Origin: Candidatus Moraniibacteriota bacterium
GTDB lineage: Bacteria > Patescibacteriota > Minisyncoccia > Moranbacterales > UBA1568
Assembly (NCBI GenBank): GCA_052034935.1
Contig: JBPOIB010000003.1
Coordinates: 34,407 to 98,406, forward strand
Direction of reading: 5' to 3'
Length of the DNA stretch: 64,000 nucleotides
The position numbers were made by a program, and so were the translations under genes. The notes beneath the pieces are model-generated. The model had not been told where the DNA came from and made no database searches. It saw nothing but the letters and a program-made list of their open reading frames with translations. Positions 35,846-46,776 of the stretch are shown here, piece by piece (the stretch's first letter is position 1; each line of letters opens with the position of its first letter).

Positions 35846-36343
35846 TTAGATGAGGAAACGCTTCTTGTTTTCGGAGAGATTCAGGAAGCTATCCGCTTTT
35901 TCGATAAGTTTCGCACTCGCTGATTCCGCAAAGGCGAGTACTTCCACCCGGCACCCGAAGGTATTCTGAAGATACTCGACGAGATGGATATAGTCGCCAT
36001 CACCCGAAACGAGTACGATGACATCGACTTTCGCCGCCATTTTGACCGCGTCGATCGCGATACCTACGTCCCAGTCACCTTTCCGCGATCCGTCTGGAAA
36101 AATCTGGAGATCCTTGGTCATCACATCATAGCCACTTTTGGTGAGCGCCTCGAAGAATTTCTCCTCCATTCCTTCTGTCGTCTTGATACCATAAGCCAAG
36201 GCGCGGATAAGTTTCCGGTCGTTCACTCCCGCCTCGAGGACAGTTTTGAAATTCACTTTTTTGCTGTACAGCACGCGCGCACTGTAGTAGAGATTCTGGA
36301 TGTCGACGAGGACACCAACTCTCTGGTCACTGAAATTTGCCAT
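35846..36343 (-). CDS. NYN-domain (LabA/DUF88-like) protein
   Basis: VGVLVDIQNLYYSAR...VLVSGDGDYIHLV, a PIN-like acidic residue pattern. Confidence 0.7.
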   Translation of the reverse strand: MANFSDQRVGVLVDIQNLYYSARVLYSKKVNFKTVLEAGVNDRKLIRALAYGIKTTEGMEEKFFEALTKSGYDVMTKDLQIFPDGSRKGDWDVGIAIDAVKMAAKVDVIVLVSGDGDYIHLVEYLQNTFGCRVEVLAFAESASAKLIEKADSFLNLSENKKRFLI

Positions 36344-36367
36344 AAAAGAGTTCGCTGGTTTATAAAT

Positions 36368-36398
36368 GCGGAAACGGAAACCGCCACTTGCGTGGCGG
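36368..36398 (-). terminator. Terminator or attenuator hairpin downstream of rpsO
   Basis: Minus strand: CCGCCAC-GCAA-GTGGCGG, then TTTCCGTTTCC. Confidence 0.55.
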
Positions 36399-36404
36399 AA
36401 AAAC

Positions 36405-36668
36405 TTAGAGTCCGAGTTTCTTCACGAGCGCTTTCTGAGCCTTCTCGTTCACCTTTTCGAGGTAGGCGAGAAGTTTCTTCCGCTTCGAGACCATCTTGAG
36501 AAGGCCACGGCGTGAATGAAAGTCTTTCTTATTCTTTTTCAAATGCGTGGTGAGCCGCTTGATCTGCTCCGTGAAAAGGGCAATCTGGTACTCCGGAGAA
36601 CCGGTATCCGAATCATGCCGTTTCACATCCACTGTCACTTTCTCCTTTTGCTTGTGCGAGAGCGCCAT
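36405..36668 (-). CDS. rpsO: 30S ribosomal protein S15
   Basis: 87 aa; GSPEYQIALFTEQIKRLTTHLKKNKKDFHSRRGLL. Confidence 0.9.
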   Translation of the reverse strand: MALSHKQKEKVTVDVKRHDSDTGSPEYQIALFTEQIKRLTTHLKKNKKDFHSRRGLLKMVSKRKKLLAYLEKVNEKAQKALVKKLGL

Positions 36669-36882
36669 AGCATCTTGTCAGCAATAGACTCGTCCTGTCG
36701 GTGCTCTGACGGACCAATCTACGCTCAATGTATAAAAATTACTTCACCAGTGTAACACGCTTTCTCTCTTCTAGCAAGTCTCAACACCATTTTGACAATT
36801 TCACAAAGCGTTGGTTTAATAAAGCGTCCTTGAAACATCGGGACAAGATCTTTGTTTTCAGTGGCTCAAACTGGAGGATGCC

Positions 36883-37176
36883 ATGCCCCAAGAGATAGAC
36901 CAAGTGCAGTCCAATTCGACTGCTCTTCCCATCGGAGAATTTCGCTTGCTCACACCCCCGGCGGAGGTGGATCGCGCCTATCAGGATGATCGCGAAATCG
37001 AGCTTGAATTCGACGACGGGGAAGCCCATCGCCGAGTGAAAGCCGTCTTTCCTTTCTACGACCTGGTGGATGGCTATCGTGGCCGCACAGCCGATCCGGT
37101 CGGCTTCGCTCTCCAGGTGGTCTGGAGGACTAAGGGAGTCCAGTACATCATCATCCGAACCAAGAGCGGTCATTAA
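36883..37176 (+). CDS. Hypothetical small protein
   Basis: 97-aa ORF with its own upstream region and a downstream terminator; no homology recognised. Confidence 0.35.
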   Translation: MPQEIDQVQSNSTALPIGEFRLLTPPAEVDRAYQDDREIELEFDDGEAHRRVKAVFPFYDLVDGYRGRTADPVGFALQVVWRTKGVQYIIIRTKSGH

Positions 37177-37212
37177 AACCGCCAGAAGAAAGTCTCAGTA
37201 GAACAAAGAGAA

Positions 37213-37252
37213 CGGCCTCGGCGCGAAATAGCGCGAGGCCGTCTTTCTTTTA
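37213..37252. terminator. Bidirectional hairpin terminator between convergent genes
   Basis: GGCCTCGGCGCG-AAATA-GCGCGAGGCC with T-rich flanks. Confidence 0.55.
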
Positions 37253-37267
37253 CTTCAGAAGTCACCG

Positions 37268-39718
37268 TTAGAGAAGCGTGAAGGCGCCGACTCGATCGCC
37301 AGATTGTGGCCGCATAACACGCACACCCTGAGTAACGCGTGAGAGGAGAGGTACTGACGCGAACGGAACCCGGATGATGATGCCCTTTTCCGAAGTCACC
37401 AGCATATCGAGCTCAGCATCAGTTTCGCTTGTAATGTGGGCGCCGACGAGCTTGCCGGTTTTGGTCGTCACATTCATCGTCTTAATTCCCGATCCGCCGC
37501 GCTTCTGAATCTTGTAGTGTTTCAAGTCACTCCGCTTGCCGTAGCCATTTTCGGAAAGGATAAGGAGTTCGCGGTCAGCGGCACCCTTTGCGACGACATC
37601 CATTGCGACGACATGGTCTCCCGTGCGAAGTTTAATCCCCCGAACACCGGCCGCACTTCGTCCCATGGCCCGCACATCGCCCTCCTTGAAACGGATTGCT
37701 TGTCCACCCTCGGTCGTAATGATCACCTCATCACTTCCTGTCGTCGGTGCGACCCAATTGAGAGTATCGCCCTTCTCGAGATTAATCGCGAGGAGACCAG
37801 AGCGACGGACATTGGCAAAGTCTTCGAGTTTGGACTTCTTGACCGTACCGTCAGTCGTCGCCATGAAGAGAAATTTCGCACCATCATTCGTCCCGAAAGA
37901 AATCATCGCCGTAATTTTCTCCTCATTCGAGAGCTGAAGGAAATTCACGATTGCCTGGCCTTTCGCGGTGCGCGATGACTCCGGTATCTCATAGGCTTTC
38001 GTCTGAAACACTTTTCCCGTATCAGTGAAGAACATCAGGTTGTCATGTGTCGCGATCGTAAGCACCTTCGCAATCTTATCTTCTTCCTTCGTCGTCGCAC
38101 CGATAACTCCTTTGCCGCCGCGCTTCTGGACACGGTAGACACTCGGATTCATCCGTTTGATATAGCCATCGTCAGTGAGCGTAATGATCGCTTCTTCGTT
38201 CGGGATGAGATCCTCCTGGCGGAATTCGCCGATACCATTCCGCATCACTCTTGTCTTGCGCTCATCGCCGAACTTATCACGGACTTCAACGAGCTCAGTT
38301 TTCACAAGGGCGAGAATCTTTTTCTTGTGTTTCAAAAGATCTTCGAGATAGGCGATAAGTTTCAGTTTTTCCGCGAGTTCATCCTCGATCTTCTTTCGTT
38401 CGAGTCCAGCCAAGGTCTGCAGCCGCATCTCAAGGATTGCTGTCGTCTGCCTATCGGACAACTTGAACTTCTTCATGAGATTCGCGTGTGCCTCCTCTTT
38501 CGTCGGCGACTGTTTGATCACCTTGATGATTTCATCGATATGATCGAGGGCGATTTTCAAGCCCTCCAGGATATGGGCGCGATCCTTTGCCTTCTGCAGC
38601 TCGTATTCGCTTCGTCTCGTCACTACTCGCTCGCGATGAACGATATAGTGTTCGAGGATCGACTTCAGATTGAGAATCTGCGGGTCAACGCCGTCGACGA
38701 GCGCCAGCATGTTCACGTTAAAGTTCTTCTGGAGATCAGTGAGGGTAAAGAGCTTGTTCAAAACTTTCTGTGGGAAAGCGTCCTTCTTTAGCTCGATCAC
38801 GATGCGCACGCCGTCTTTGTCAGATTCGTCGCGCAAATCTTTGATCCCTTGAATCTTGTCTTCCTTGACGAGATCGGCGATTTTTTCGATAAGAGTTGCC
38901 TTATTCGTCGCATACGTCATCTCGGACACGATAATCTGGAACTGCCCTGACTTATTCTCGACGATTTCCGTCACCGCGCGTGCAGTAATGGGTCCGCGCC
39001 CGGTGGCATAGGTCTCGCGAATTTCTTTCGCATTATAAATAATTCCGCCTGTCGGGAAATCTGGACCCTTGATGAATTTCATGAGGTCATCGACATCGCA
39101 CTCCGGATTATCAATCTGAAAGCAGATTGCATCGACGAGTTCGTTCAAATTGTGCGGTGCGATATTCGACGCCATGCCGACGGCGATACCGACCGTTCCA
39201 TTCAAAAGGAGCTGCGGCAGCTTCGCTGGAAGCACAACCGGCTCCTCGTGCACGCCGTCGAAGTTCGGAATGAAATCGACCGTGTCTTTCTCGATATCGA
39301 CGAGCATCTCTTCGGCGATCGCCTTGAGCTTCGCTTCGGTATACCGATAGGCCGCCGCACGGTCACCGTCCATCGAGCCAAAGTTTCCCTGTCCCCAGAT
39401 GAGCGGGTAACGGAGCGAGAAATCCTGCGCCATACGAACCATCGTGTCGTACACCGCCGTATCACCATGCGGATGGTATTTTCCGAGCACTTCACCGACC
39501 ACCGTCGCCGACTTGCGGAACTTCGCCGTCGAGCGGAGACCGGTCGACCACATTGAGTAGAGGATGCGGCGATGCACTGGCTTCAGACCGTCGCGCACGT
39601 CCGGCAAGGCACGGCCAACGATGACTGACATCGCATAGTCGAGATACGATTGCTTAACCTCGTCGGAGATATTCCGCGCCTCGATTTTTCCACCGTGAAA
39701 TTCGTTCTTTTCGGCCAT
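37268..39718 (-). CDS. gyrA: DNA gyrase subunit A
   Basis: [18 protein letters not shown] with the active-site Tyr region; C-terminal beta-pinwheel repeats. Confidence 0.95.
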   Translation of the reverse strand: MAEKNEFHGGKIEARNISDEVKQSYLDYAMSVIVGRALPDVRDGLKPVHRRILYSMWSTGLRSTAKFRKSATVVGEVLGKYHPHGDTAVYDTMVRMAQDFSLRYPLIWGQGNFGSMDGDRAAAYRYTEAKLKAIAEEMLVDIEKDTVDFIPNFDGVHEEPVVLPAKLPQLLLNGTVGIAVGMASNIAPHNLNELVDAICFQIDNPECDVDDLMKFIKGPDFPTGGIIYNAKEIRETYATGRGPITARAVTEIVENKSGQFQIIVSEMTYATNKATLIEKIADLVKEDKIQGIKDLRDESDKDGVRIVIELKKDAFPQKVLNKLFTLTDLQKNFNVNMLALVDGVDPQILNLKSILEHYIVHRERVVTRRSEYELQKAKDRAHILEGLKIALDHIDEIIKVIKQSPTKEEAHANLMKKFKLSDRQTTAILEMRLQTLAGLERKKIEDELAEKLKLIAYLEDLLKHKKKILALVKTELVEVRDKFGDERKTRVMRNGIGEFRQEDLIPNEEAIITLTDDGYIKRMNPSVYRVQKRGGKGVIGATTKEEDKIAKVLTIATHDNLMFFTDTGKVFQTKAYEIPESSRTAKGQAIVNFLQLSNEEKITAMISFGTNDGAKFLFMATTDGTVKKSKLEDFANVRRSGLLAINLEKGDTLNWVAPTTGSDEVIITTEGGQAIRFKEGDVRAMGRSAAGVRGIKLRTGDHVVAMDVVAKGAADRELLILSENGYGKRSDLKHYKIQKRGGSGIKTMNVTTKTGKLVGAHITSETDAELDMLVTSEKGIIIRVPFASVPLLSRVTQGVRVMRPQSGDRVGAFTLL

Positions 39719-39723
39719 AGTAT

Positions 39724-40143
39724 TTAAGGTAGTGTCAGCATTGGAATATTTTGCATCGCAGGATCAGTCTCTGACTCTTCTTTCACCTCTTCCCCCTTCG
39801 GTCTTATGCCCTCGTCATCGGGATCAAGCCTGGTTCGATTTTCACCCTGCTCGCGCAGGAACTCCTCGCCTGATTTGGGTTGAACCGCTTCAAACTTCCC
39901 TTCACCAGAAAGGATTTGATCAAGCGAAAAATCGGATGACTTCGGCAAGATACCACCCGTTGCTTTGGTAGTCTCGGCGATATCGCTCGGATTCATCTTT
40001 TTGAAACTTTCCGTAACCGTGAGAGACCACACGATCACCACGAAAAACATTGAAGTCGCTACACAGCCAACCATATACCGCTGACGGATATTTTCCGGCT
40101 TCGCCTTCACCTGTTCAATCCAGTTTTGAACATTGAAACTCAT
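39724..40143 (-). CDS. Hypothetical small membrane protein
   Basis: One TM ([15 protein letters not shown]); acidic C-terminus. Confidence 0.4.
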   Translation of the reverse strand: MSFNVQNWIEQVKAKPENIRQRYMVGCVATSMFFVVIVWSLTVTESFKKMNPSDIAETTKATGGILPKSSDFSLDQILSGEGKFEAVQPKSGEEFLREQGENRTRLDPDDEGIRPKGEEVKEESETDPAMQNIPMLTLP

Positions 40144-40147
40144 AATC

Positions 40148-40846
40148 CTAGTCTTTGGACAAAAGCACCACTTCCATATTCTTTCCTTCCAGATCTTTTT
40201 TCTTTACATTCCATTTCGCGATCGTTTCTTTCGGGCAATTCCCGATCGCTTTACAAAAAGGCTTTTCATCTGGCAATTCCGTCGTCATGCCAGCAATCTT
40301 ATAGTGCATCGGAATGACGGTTTTTGGCTCGATTTTGCGGACAAGCTCATCGACTGAATCCGGGGGAATGGTATCTTTTCCACCGACTGGAACGAAAAGG
40401 ATATCGATTCCTGACAGCCGCTCAACGACATCCGGCGCCAGCTCATCACCGAGACTGCCCAAGAAAGCGAGTCGTAATTCTTCGGTTTCAATGAGAAAAA
40501 TGGTGTTCTGCCCCCGTTTAACTCCTTTTTCCGTGTCGCGGGCACTTGGAAAACCGAGCACGGCGACTCCTTTGGCTGAATATTCCCCCGGAGCAAAGAT
40601 CTTAACCGGTTCACCCTTAATGACCGCAAGCTCTTCTGCTTCAGGCGACTGGTGTGAAAGAAGGACAATCTGTGCCTCGCCCTGAGGCGTACGGAGGCCG
40701 AGGCCTTTCTCCGGAGTATCGGTGATAATTACCACATCCTCAGTTGCCCGGCCGTTTGGTTTAGTTGTGATTTTGAAGCAGTAGTCGCCGTAATACTGGA
40801 TATTCATAGGGAAAATAGTCGATTTGATCGAAACGAGTATGCTCAT
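40148..40846 (-). CDS. Metallo-beta-lactamase-fold hydrolase (UPF0173-like)
   Basis: MBL-fold-like segments (IVLLSH..., DILFVPVGG, IPMHY). The start is probably MNIQYYGDY. Confidence 0.5.
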   Translation of the reverse strand: MSILVSIKSTIFPMNIQYYGDYCFKITTKPNGRATEDVVIITDTPEKGLGLRTPQGEAQIVLLSHQSPEAEELAVIKGEPVKIFAPGEYSAKGVAVLGFPSARDTEKGVKRGQNTIFLIETEELRLAFLGSLGDELAPDVVERLSGIDILFVPVGGKDTIPPDSVDELVRKIEPKTVIPMHYKIAGMTTELPDEKPFCKAIGNCPKETIAKWNVKKKDLEGKNMEVVLLSKD

Positions 40847-40897
40847 CGTAGCAGGATTTTACCCCTCCGACAAGCCTTATTTCACTGAAAATACCTA

Positions 40898-40927
40898 TTG
40901 ACAAATACAGTAATAGTAGATAAAATA
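40898..40927 (+). promoter_or_regulatory. Sigma70-like promoter; with the following roughly 290-nt leader it forms the rpsA control region
   Basis: TTGACA, 17-nt spacer, TAAAAT. Confidence 0.5.
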
Positions 40928-41215
40928 TTCTTACTTATTCTATTTTTCAGGACTGCTTACTCAATAATCTATATCTCCTTGAGCCGGGTCTTTACCGCTT
41001 TCCAAAAAGCCTTTCTGGACTTGCCAGAAGTGGGCTTCCCTGCTAAACTAGGGTCACCTTAATTTCCGTTAAGACAACTGAATACGGGATGATTCAATCC
41101 TGATTGAGAAGCGGTTTCTCCTGTTTTTCTTCTCTTTTGACGATTTTTTCACCCCACATTCTCGGGGTTTTAATTTTTTACCAGAGACCACCCCGGCTCT
41201 AAACACTCTGTTTCT

Positions 41216-42349
41216 ATGACCATGACGAATAACATGACCGACCTGAAGCTCAAAAGCAACATGTCGGAACTCGAACAGCTCTATGAAACCCACTCCGCTT
41301 CCATACCGGAAGTCGGTGAAGTGGTACCCGGCACCGTAATCCATGTTGGTTCAAGCTCAGCCTTGGTCGACCTCGGCCCACTCGGGACCGGTATCGTCCT
41401 CGGCAAAGAAATGAAAGACGGCCTCGGCGGCGGTGTGAAGCTCCGTCTCGGAGACACCGTCCAAGCCACTCTCATGAGCTATGAGAACGAGGACGGCATG
41501 ATTGAGCTCTCAATCCGCGAAGCCTCGCACGACAAGAGCTGGGAAGACATCGACAATAAGCTCAAGAATAAGGAAGTGGTTGAGACCAAAGTGAGCGATG
41601 CCAACAAGGGCGGTCTCATGATAGAAGTGAATGGCATCCCAGGTTTCCTCCCGGTTTCACAGCTCGCGAGCGAGCATTATCCACGTGTCGAAGACGGCGA
41701 CAAGAACAAAATCCTCGACCTTTTGAAGAAGCTCGTGGGCGAAACCCTGACGGTTCGTATCCTCGATGCCGACCGTGAGGGAGAGAAGCTCATCGTCTCT
41801 GAAAAGGCGGCTCAAAGCGAAAAGGAAAAAGAATTCCTCAACCTGCTCCATGTTGGCGACACTATCAAAGGTACTATTTCCGGAGTCGTTGATTTCGGTG
41901 CGTTCGTGAAGTTCGCCCTTCCGGGTGAAAATGCCGACAAGCGTCTCGAGGGTCTCGTTCATATTTCCGAGCTCGCTTGGCAGCTCATCGATGATCCACG
42001 TGAAATCGTGAAAACCGGTGACGCAGTGCAGGCCAAAATCATCGGCATCGATGACAACCGCATCTCCCTTTCCATGAAAGCCCTCAAGGCTGATCCCTGG
42101 GAGAATGTCGCAACTCGTTACAAGGTCGGCGACGAAGTCTCGGGTACCGTCGACAAGATGAATCACTTCGGTGCCTTCGTCTATCTCGACAAAGACATCC
42201 ACGGCTTGGCCCATGTCTCGGAATTCTCCGATATTTACCCGGGTCGAAAAATGGAAGAAGTCTTCGAGGCCGGCAAGACTTACAGCTGGAAGATCCTCTC
42301 GATCGAACCGCGCAGCCACCGACTCGGACTCCTCCCCGTCAAGAAGTAA
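41216..42349 (+). CDS. rpsA: 30S ribosomal protein S1 (four S1 domains)
   Basis: Repeated S1 OB-fold motifs (G.V..v...GafV). Confidence 0.85.
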   Translation: MTMTNNMTDLKLKSNMSELEQLYETHSASIPEVGEVVPGTVIHVGSSSALVDLGPLGTGIVLGKEMKDGLGGGVKLRLGDTVQATLMSYENEDGMIELSIREASHDKSWEDIDNKLKNKEVVETKVSDANKGGLMIEVNGIPGFLPVSQLASEHYPRVEDGDKNKILDLLKKLVGETLTVRILDADREGEKLIVSEKAAQSEKEKEFLNLLHVGDTIKGTISGVVDFGAFVKFALPGENADKRLEGLVHISELAWQLIDDPREIVKTGDAVQAKIIGIDDNRISLSMKALKADPWENVATRYKVGDEVSGTVDKMNHFGAFVYLDKDIHGLAHVSEFSDIYPGRKMEEVFEAGKTYSWKILSIEPRSHRLGLLPVKK

Positions 42350-42410
42350 TGTGCCGCCGCGCCCCTCGATTGAGGGGCGCTTTCGTAAACAGATGTGCAA
42401 ATAACAAATC

Positions 42411-42974
42411 ATGAAAAACGTCTTCATCATTTCTGGAGCGGCTGGTTCGGGCAAGGACTCCCTTATTGAAAAACTCGCTGAGCAGCTTCCGCTCGAGCGT
42501 ATTGTGACAACGACGACTCGACCCATGCGCCCATCTGAAAAAGAAGGGCACCCTTACTACTTCATTACCCCCGAAGAATTTAAGTGGAAAATTACTGCCG
42601 GTGAATTCATTGAGCACTCCGTGAATGAGAACGGCGGATTTTATGGCGTAACGAAAGCGGAACTTGAACGCGTGACGAACCGCGGGGGTATTGCCATCGT
42701 CCGAGTAGATTGGAAAGGTGTCGTTTCGATCAAGCAGCTTTTCCCTGATATCCCGGCTATATACATTTCCGCTCCGATTGAAATCCTCGAGGCTCGCCTC
42801 AGAGCGCGTGATAAAGATAAGGATGAGAGGTATTTTCAAGAGCGTATGGACTACACGCGCGAGTGGCTCAAGCATCTCAATATCTATGACTACACAATTG
42901 AAAACGAAGAAGGCAAGCTCGAACAAGCGGTTAAGCAGGCCAAGGCAATCATCGAGTCCCGCCTCGAAAAATAA
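42411..42974 (+). CDS. gmk: Guanylate kinase
   Basis: P-loop ISGAAGSGKDSL; TTTRPMRPSEKEGHPYYF. Confidence 0.85.
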   Translation: MKNVFIISGAAGSGKDSLIEKLAEQLPLERIVTTTTRPMRPSEKEGHPYYFITPEEFKWKITAGEFIEHSVNENGGFYGVTKAELERVTNRGGIAIVRVDWKGVVSIKQLFPDIPAIYISAPIEILEARLRARDKDKDERYFQERMDYTREWLKHLNIYDYTIENEEGKLEQAVKQAKAIIESRLEK

Positions 42975-43698
42975 TTTTTTCCGAGAGCTTGCTGCGACGC
43001 ACGCTGGTCTTGTTTTCGTACGGCGCTTTCAGAATGCGATTGCCAAAGGAAAGACTCTTCCACGCGGCTCGAAAATTGTCGTCGCTGTTTCGGGTGGCCC
43101 CGACAGCATGACGCTCCTCACGCTCCTCACCCGGCTCCAAACAAAGCACGGCTTCGCGCTCCATGTCGCCCACGTGAACTATCACTTACGTGGTAAAGAT
43201 GCCGATCGCGACGAGCTCTTGGTGAAACAGACATGCATCAATTATGGATTGCCACTTTCGGTTCTGCATCCGAAACACAAGCCGACAAAAAACATCGAGG
43301 CTGCTCTCCGTGAGATTCGCTACCGCTTTTTCGAGCGCCTTCGAAAAAAATTAGACTTCGATGTAATTGTCACGGCGCATACGATGAATGATGTCGCCGA
43401 GACCGTTCTCCTAAATCTCATCCGCGGATCGGGACTCGCAGGATTGTCACCGTTCCAGCGCGCTCACTCGAACATCATCCGTCCTCTTCTCTCTTTCACT
43501 CGGGCTGAAATCGAAGCCTTTCTCGAATGTGAAGAAACTCCCTCGCGGCAGGACAAGAGTAACCAGTCCAAACGCTTCACTCGAAATCGGATTCGTCACG
43601 AGCTTCTTCCGCTGCTCGAAACATTCAATCCAAACATCGTCGCCACTCTCACAAAAACAGCCGCTATTCTCGGTCGAAAGGACACTCCGGTCTCGTAG
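42886..43698 (+). CDS. tilS: tRNA(Ile)-lysidine synthetase, short form; start uncertain and overlaps gmk
   Basis: PP-loop VVAVSGGPDS. No in-frame ATG/GTG/TTG lies between the gmk stop and the PP-loop. The ORF track extends to 42718. Confidence 0.7.
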   Translation: MTTQLKTKKASSNKRLSRPRQSSSPASKNNFFRELAATHAGLVFVRRFQNAIAKGKTLPRGSKIVVAVSGGPDSMTLLTLLTRLQTKHGFALHVAHVNYHLRGKDADRDELLVKQTCINYGLPLSVLHPKHKPTKNIEAALREIRYRFFERLRKKLDFDVIVTAHTMNDVAETVLLNLIRGSGLAGLSPFQRAHSNIIRPLLSFTRAEIEAFLECEETPSRQDKSNQSKRFTRNRIRHELLPLLETFNPNIVATLTKTAAILGRKDTPVS

Positions 43699-43830
43699 AA
43701 AGATTAAGCAGGTCGGCCGGTTGAAAAAGAAGACTTTTTATGGTAGGCTGAAGCTTGCTTTTATAGTCCTCCGGAAAACAAAGCATACCTAATTCATCGA
43801 TTTTTCCCTTAATTTCTTTGCTCAAAAAAT

Positions 43831-45678
43831 ATGGACAAGCTCATGAAAAATATTGGCCTCATCGTGTTTCTGTTCCTCATGCTCTCGGGCATCATGATAC
43901 TCTATTCGACACCCGAAAAGAAACCCGCTGATGTCTCGCTCTCCGAGCTGGTCACTCAGATAAACAATGGCGAAGTCAAAGAGATCGTCGTGACCGGCAA
44001 TGAGCTCAGTATTACGAAAACTGATGATACCAAACAAAAGGCGAGCAAGGAGCCAGAAAGCTCTCTCACCGAAACCCTCGCTAACTACAGCATCGACAAA
44101 GAGCGCTTCAAGGCTGTTTCGGTCACCGTAAAACAGGATACTGGCTTCGGCTACTGGATGTTGACGCTTCTTCCTTTTCTCCTACCATTCATCCTCATCG
44201 GTGCATTCATCTGGTTCATGATGCGCCAGGCACAGCGTGGCAATTCGCAGGCGCTTAATTTCGGCATGAGCCGCGCCCGTATCCTTGATCCCAAAGATAA
44301 AAAGAAGAAAATCACCTTCAAAGATGTCGCCGGTGCGACTGAGGCAAAGCAAGAACTCATGGAAGTCGTCGATTTTCTCCGCACGCCGAAGAAATTCCTC
44401 GCTATGGGAGCCAAGATTCCGAAGGGCGTCCTCCTCCTCGGCCCTCCAGGAACCGGTAAGACACTCATGGCGAAAGCCGTCGCTGGCGAAGCAGGAGTCC
44501 CCTTCTTCAACATCAGCGGTTCTGAGTTCGTTGAGATGTTCGTCGGTGTCGGCGCTTCCCGGGTTCGTGATCTCTTCAAACAAGCCAAAAAGAATGCTCC
44601 GGCCATCGTCTTCATCGATGAAATCGACGCCGTCGGGCGTCACCGCGGCGCGGGGTTAGGTGGCGGACATGATGAACGCGAGCAGACACTCAACCAGATA
44701 CTGGTCGAGATGGACGGTTTCGAGACCGATCTGAGCGTCATCGTTATCGCTTCAACGAACCGCCCAGATGTGCTCGATCCGGCCTTGCTCCGGCCAGGGC
44801 GGTTTGACCGCCGGGTCACTATGGATTTGCCAGATATTAATGAACGCGAGGCGATTCTGAAGATCCATGCAGCCAATAAGCCACTAGCGGAAGCGATCAA
44901 TATGCGCCGCATCGCTGAACGGACGCCCGGATTTTCCGGCGCCGATCTCGCCAATCTCGTGAACGAGGGTGCGATTCTTGCTACCCGCCGAAACATGAAA
45001 GAGATTGGATTGAAGGAACTTGCCGAGTCGATTGAAAAGGTTATCCTCGGACCGGAACGAAGAAGCCGTGTCATCAATGAGGAAGAGAAGAAAGTAGTTG
45101 CTTACCATGAAGGCGGCCACGCCCTCGTCGGTACTAGCCTTGAAAATGCCGATCCGGTCCACAAAGTCTCGATTATCTCCCGTGGACACGCCGGTGGCTA
45201 CACCATGGCTGTTCCATCCGAAGATAAGACTCTCCACACCAACCGCTACTTCCTTGATGAGCTCGCCGTCCTCTTGGGCGGCTATGCGAGCGAGAAGCTC
45301 GTTTTCGGCGACATCACTACCGGCCCATCGAATGATCTCGAACGCGCCACTGGAATGGCACGGAGTATGGTCACCCGGTACGGTATGAGCAAGCTCGGCG
45401 CCCGGACTTTCGGTAAGAAGGAAGAACTTATCTTCCTCGGTCGCGAAATGCATGAAGAGCGCAATTATTCCGAAGAAACGGCCCGTTCCATTGACTCAGA
45501 AGTCTCACGGCTCATCGATGAGGCTTTTGCCCGCGCGACCAAAATCTTGACTGAAAGGCGTGCCGTTCTCGACCGAATTGCGAATACTCTTCTCGAGAAA
45601 GAGACTATCGAAAAAGATGAATTTGAAGCGCTCGTAAAAGAGCCGGCTGTACCGACTTCGCCGACATCTGCCCTCTAA
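43831..45678 (+). CDS. ftsH: ATP-dependent zinc metalloprotease FtsH
   Basis: Two N-terminal TM helices; AAA Walker A GPPGTGKT; the HEGGH zinc motif ([11 protein letters not shown]). Confidence 0.95.
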   Translation: MDKLMKNIGLIVFLFLMLSGIMILYSTPEKKPADVSLSELVTQINNGEVKEIVVTGNELSITKTDDTKQKASKEPESSLTETLANYSIDKERFKAVSVTVKQDTGFGYWMLTLLPFLLPFILIGAFIWFMMRQAQRGNSQALNFGMSRARILDPKDKKKKITFKDVAGATEAKQELMEVVDFLRTPKKFLAMGAKIPKGVLLLGPPGTGKTLMAKAVAGEAGVPFFNISGSEFVEMFVGVGASRVRDLFKQAKKNAPAIVFIDEIDAVGRHRGAGLGGGHDEREQTLNQILVEMDGFETDLSVIVIASTNRPDVLDPALLRPGRFDRRVTMDLPDINEREAILKIHAANKPLAEAINMRRIAERTPGFSGADLANLVNEGAILATRRNMKEIGLKELAESIEKVILGPERRSRVINEEEKKVVAYHEGGHALVGTSLENADPVHKVSIISRGHAGGYTMAVPSEDKTLHTNRYFLDELAVLLGGYASEKLVFGDITTGPSNDLERATGMARSMVTRYGMSKLGARTFGKKEELIFLGREMHEERNYSEETARSIDSEVSRLIDEAFARATKILTERRAVLDRIANTLLEKETIEKDEFEALVKEPAVPTSPTSAL

Positions 45679-45695
45679 GAGTTTAGACTACCGCC

Positions 45696-46586
45696 ATGCC
45701 TGAAATAGTCTCCTTCGCGTCGCTCACACGGACTGCCTTGAGGGATTTTTTCCAGAACCGATCGGTTCAATGGGTAGCTTTTCCCGTTGGATTCCTCATA
45801 GTCTCCGGGTCATTCTTCGCCTCTCAGGCAGAACGCTTGCTTGAGAGCAGCGACCCAGTGTTTCTTGTTAGCTGGATCTCTGCTGGGCCAGACTCTTCTT
45901 TTCTTTTTTTCTTAAGTCTTTCACTCGTCTGTACCCTCGCTCAATCTCCATTTCGAGGAGTCGTCATCCTTCTTCTCCAATCGGCCCACTTGAACCAGTC
46001 GGCAGAAACCCCCTTCCGACCGAAGAGGCAGGACTTTTTTCGCGTTGCCAGAAAAACATTCATCTTTGAATCCGGATTCTGGCTCTTTCTTATCGCTCTC
46101 GGTAGCATACTTTCCATCCCGAGTTTTCTCGCTTGGCGATTTAACCCAGATGCTTTCACCATCGTATCCCAGTTCGGACTCATCCTTCTCCTTACCCTCT
46201 CGTTGTATCTCTACCTCATCAAGGAACTTTCACTCCTCTACTCCCTCCTCGGCAACACAAGTCTCCCGAGCGCAATCGACCTCGGATTTCGCCTCTTCCG
46301 ACGTCATTCATTCTTAACTCTTCTCTTCTTTACCTACGCCTCCATGCTAGCGCTTGTGGGTACGCTTTCTATCAGCCTCATCGGTAGCACGCTCGATTTC
46401 TTTGGTGTACAAAATGATTTTCTCAAGAACTTTATTGCCGTACCGCTTTTCGGACTTTATTTCATTTTTGATCAGACACTCCGGCTCGCCTATTTCCGAA
46501 AAATTGCTTCGCGACCGAAATCGCCAACCGCGAAAGTAGTCGCGACAAAACCAGCCGAACCCGTCACCGGCATGCCAAACGCATAG
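45696..46586 (+). CDS. Hypothetical polytopic membrane protein
   Basis: At least six hydrophobic helices; no recognisable domain. Confidence 0.45.
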   Translation: MPEIVSFASLTRTALRDFFQNRSVQWVAFPVGFLIVSGSFFASQAERLLESSDPVFLVSWISAGPDSSFLFFLSLSLVCTLAQSPFRGVVILLLQSAHLNQSAETPFRPKRQDFFRVARKTFIFESGFWLFLIALGSILSIPSFLAWRFNPDAFTIVSQFGLILLLTLSLYLYLIKELSLLYSLLGNTSLPSAIDLGFRLFRRHSFLTLLFFTYASMLALVGTLSISLIGSTLDFFGVQNDFLKNFIAVPLFGLYFIFDQTLRLAYFRKIASRPKSPTAKVVATKPAEPVTGMPNA

Positions 46587-46653
46587 TTTGCCAACCGGCG
46601 AATTCATGCTACAGTATTTTCTGTGCTGCACGATTTCTTTCCGCAAAGAAAAA

Positions 46654-46727
46654 GGACAATTAGCTCAGTTGGTTAGAGCGTCACATTGACATTGTGAAGG
46701 TCACTGGTTCGAATCCAGTATTGTCCA
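46654..46727 (+). tRNA. tRNA-Val(GAC)
   Basis: Acceptor GGACAAT/ATTGTCC; anticodon arm TCACA-TTGACAT-TGTGA; T-arm CTGGTTCGAATCCAG. Confidence 0.85.
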
Positions 46728-46730
46728 CTA

Positions 46731-46760
46731 AAAAACCCACTCTTTACGAGTGGGTTTTCA
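46731..46760 (+). terminator. Rho-independent terminator after tRNA-Val
   Basis: CCCACTC-TTTAC-GAGTGGG, then TTTT. Confidence 0.6.
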
Positions 46761-46776
46761 ACTTCCGGAAATAACC

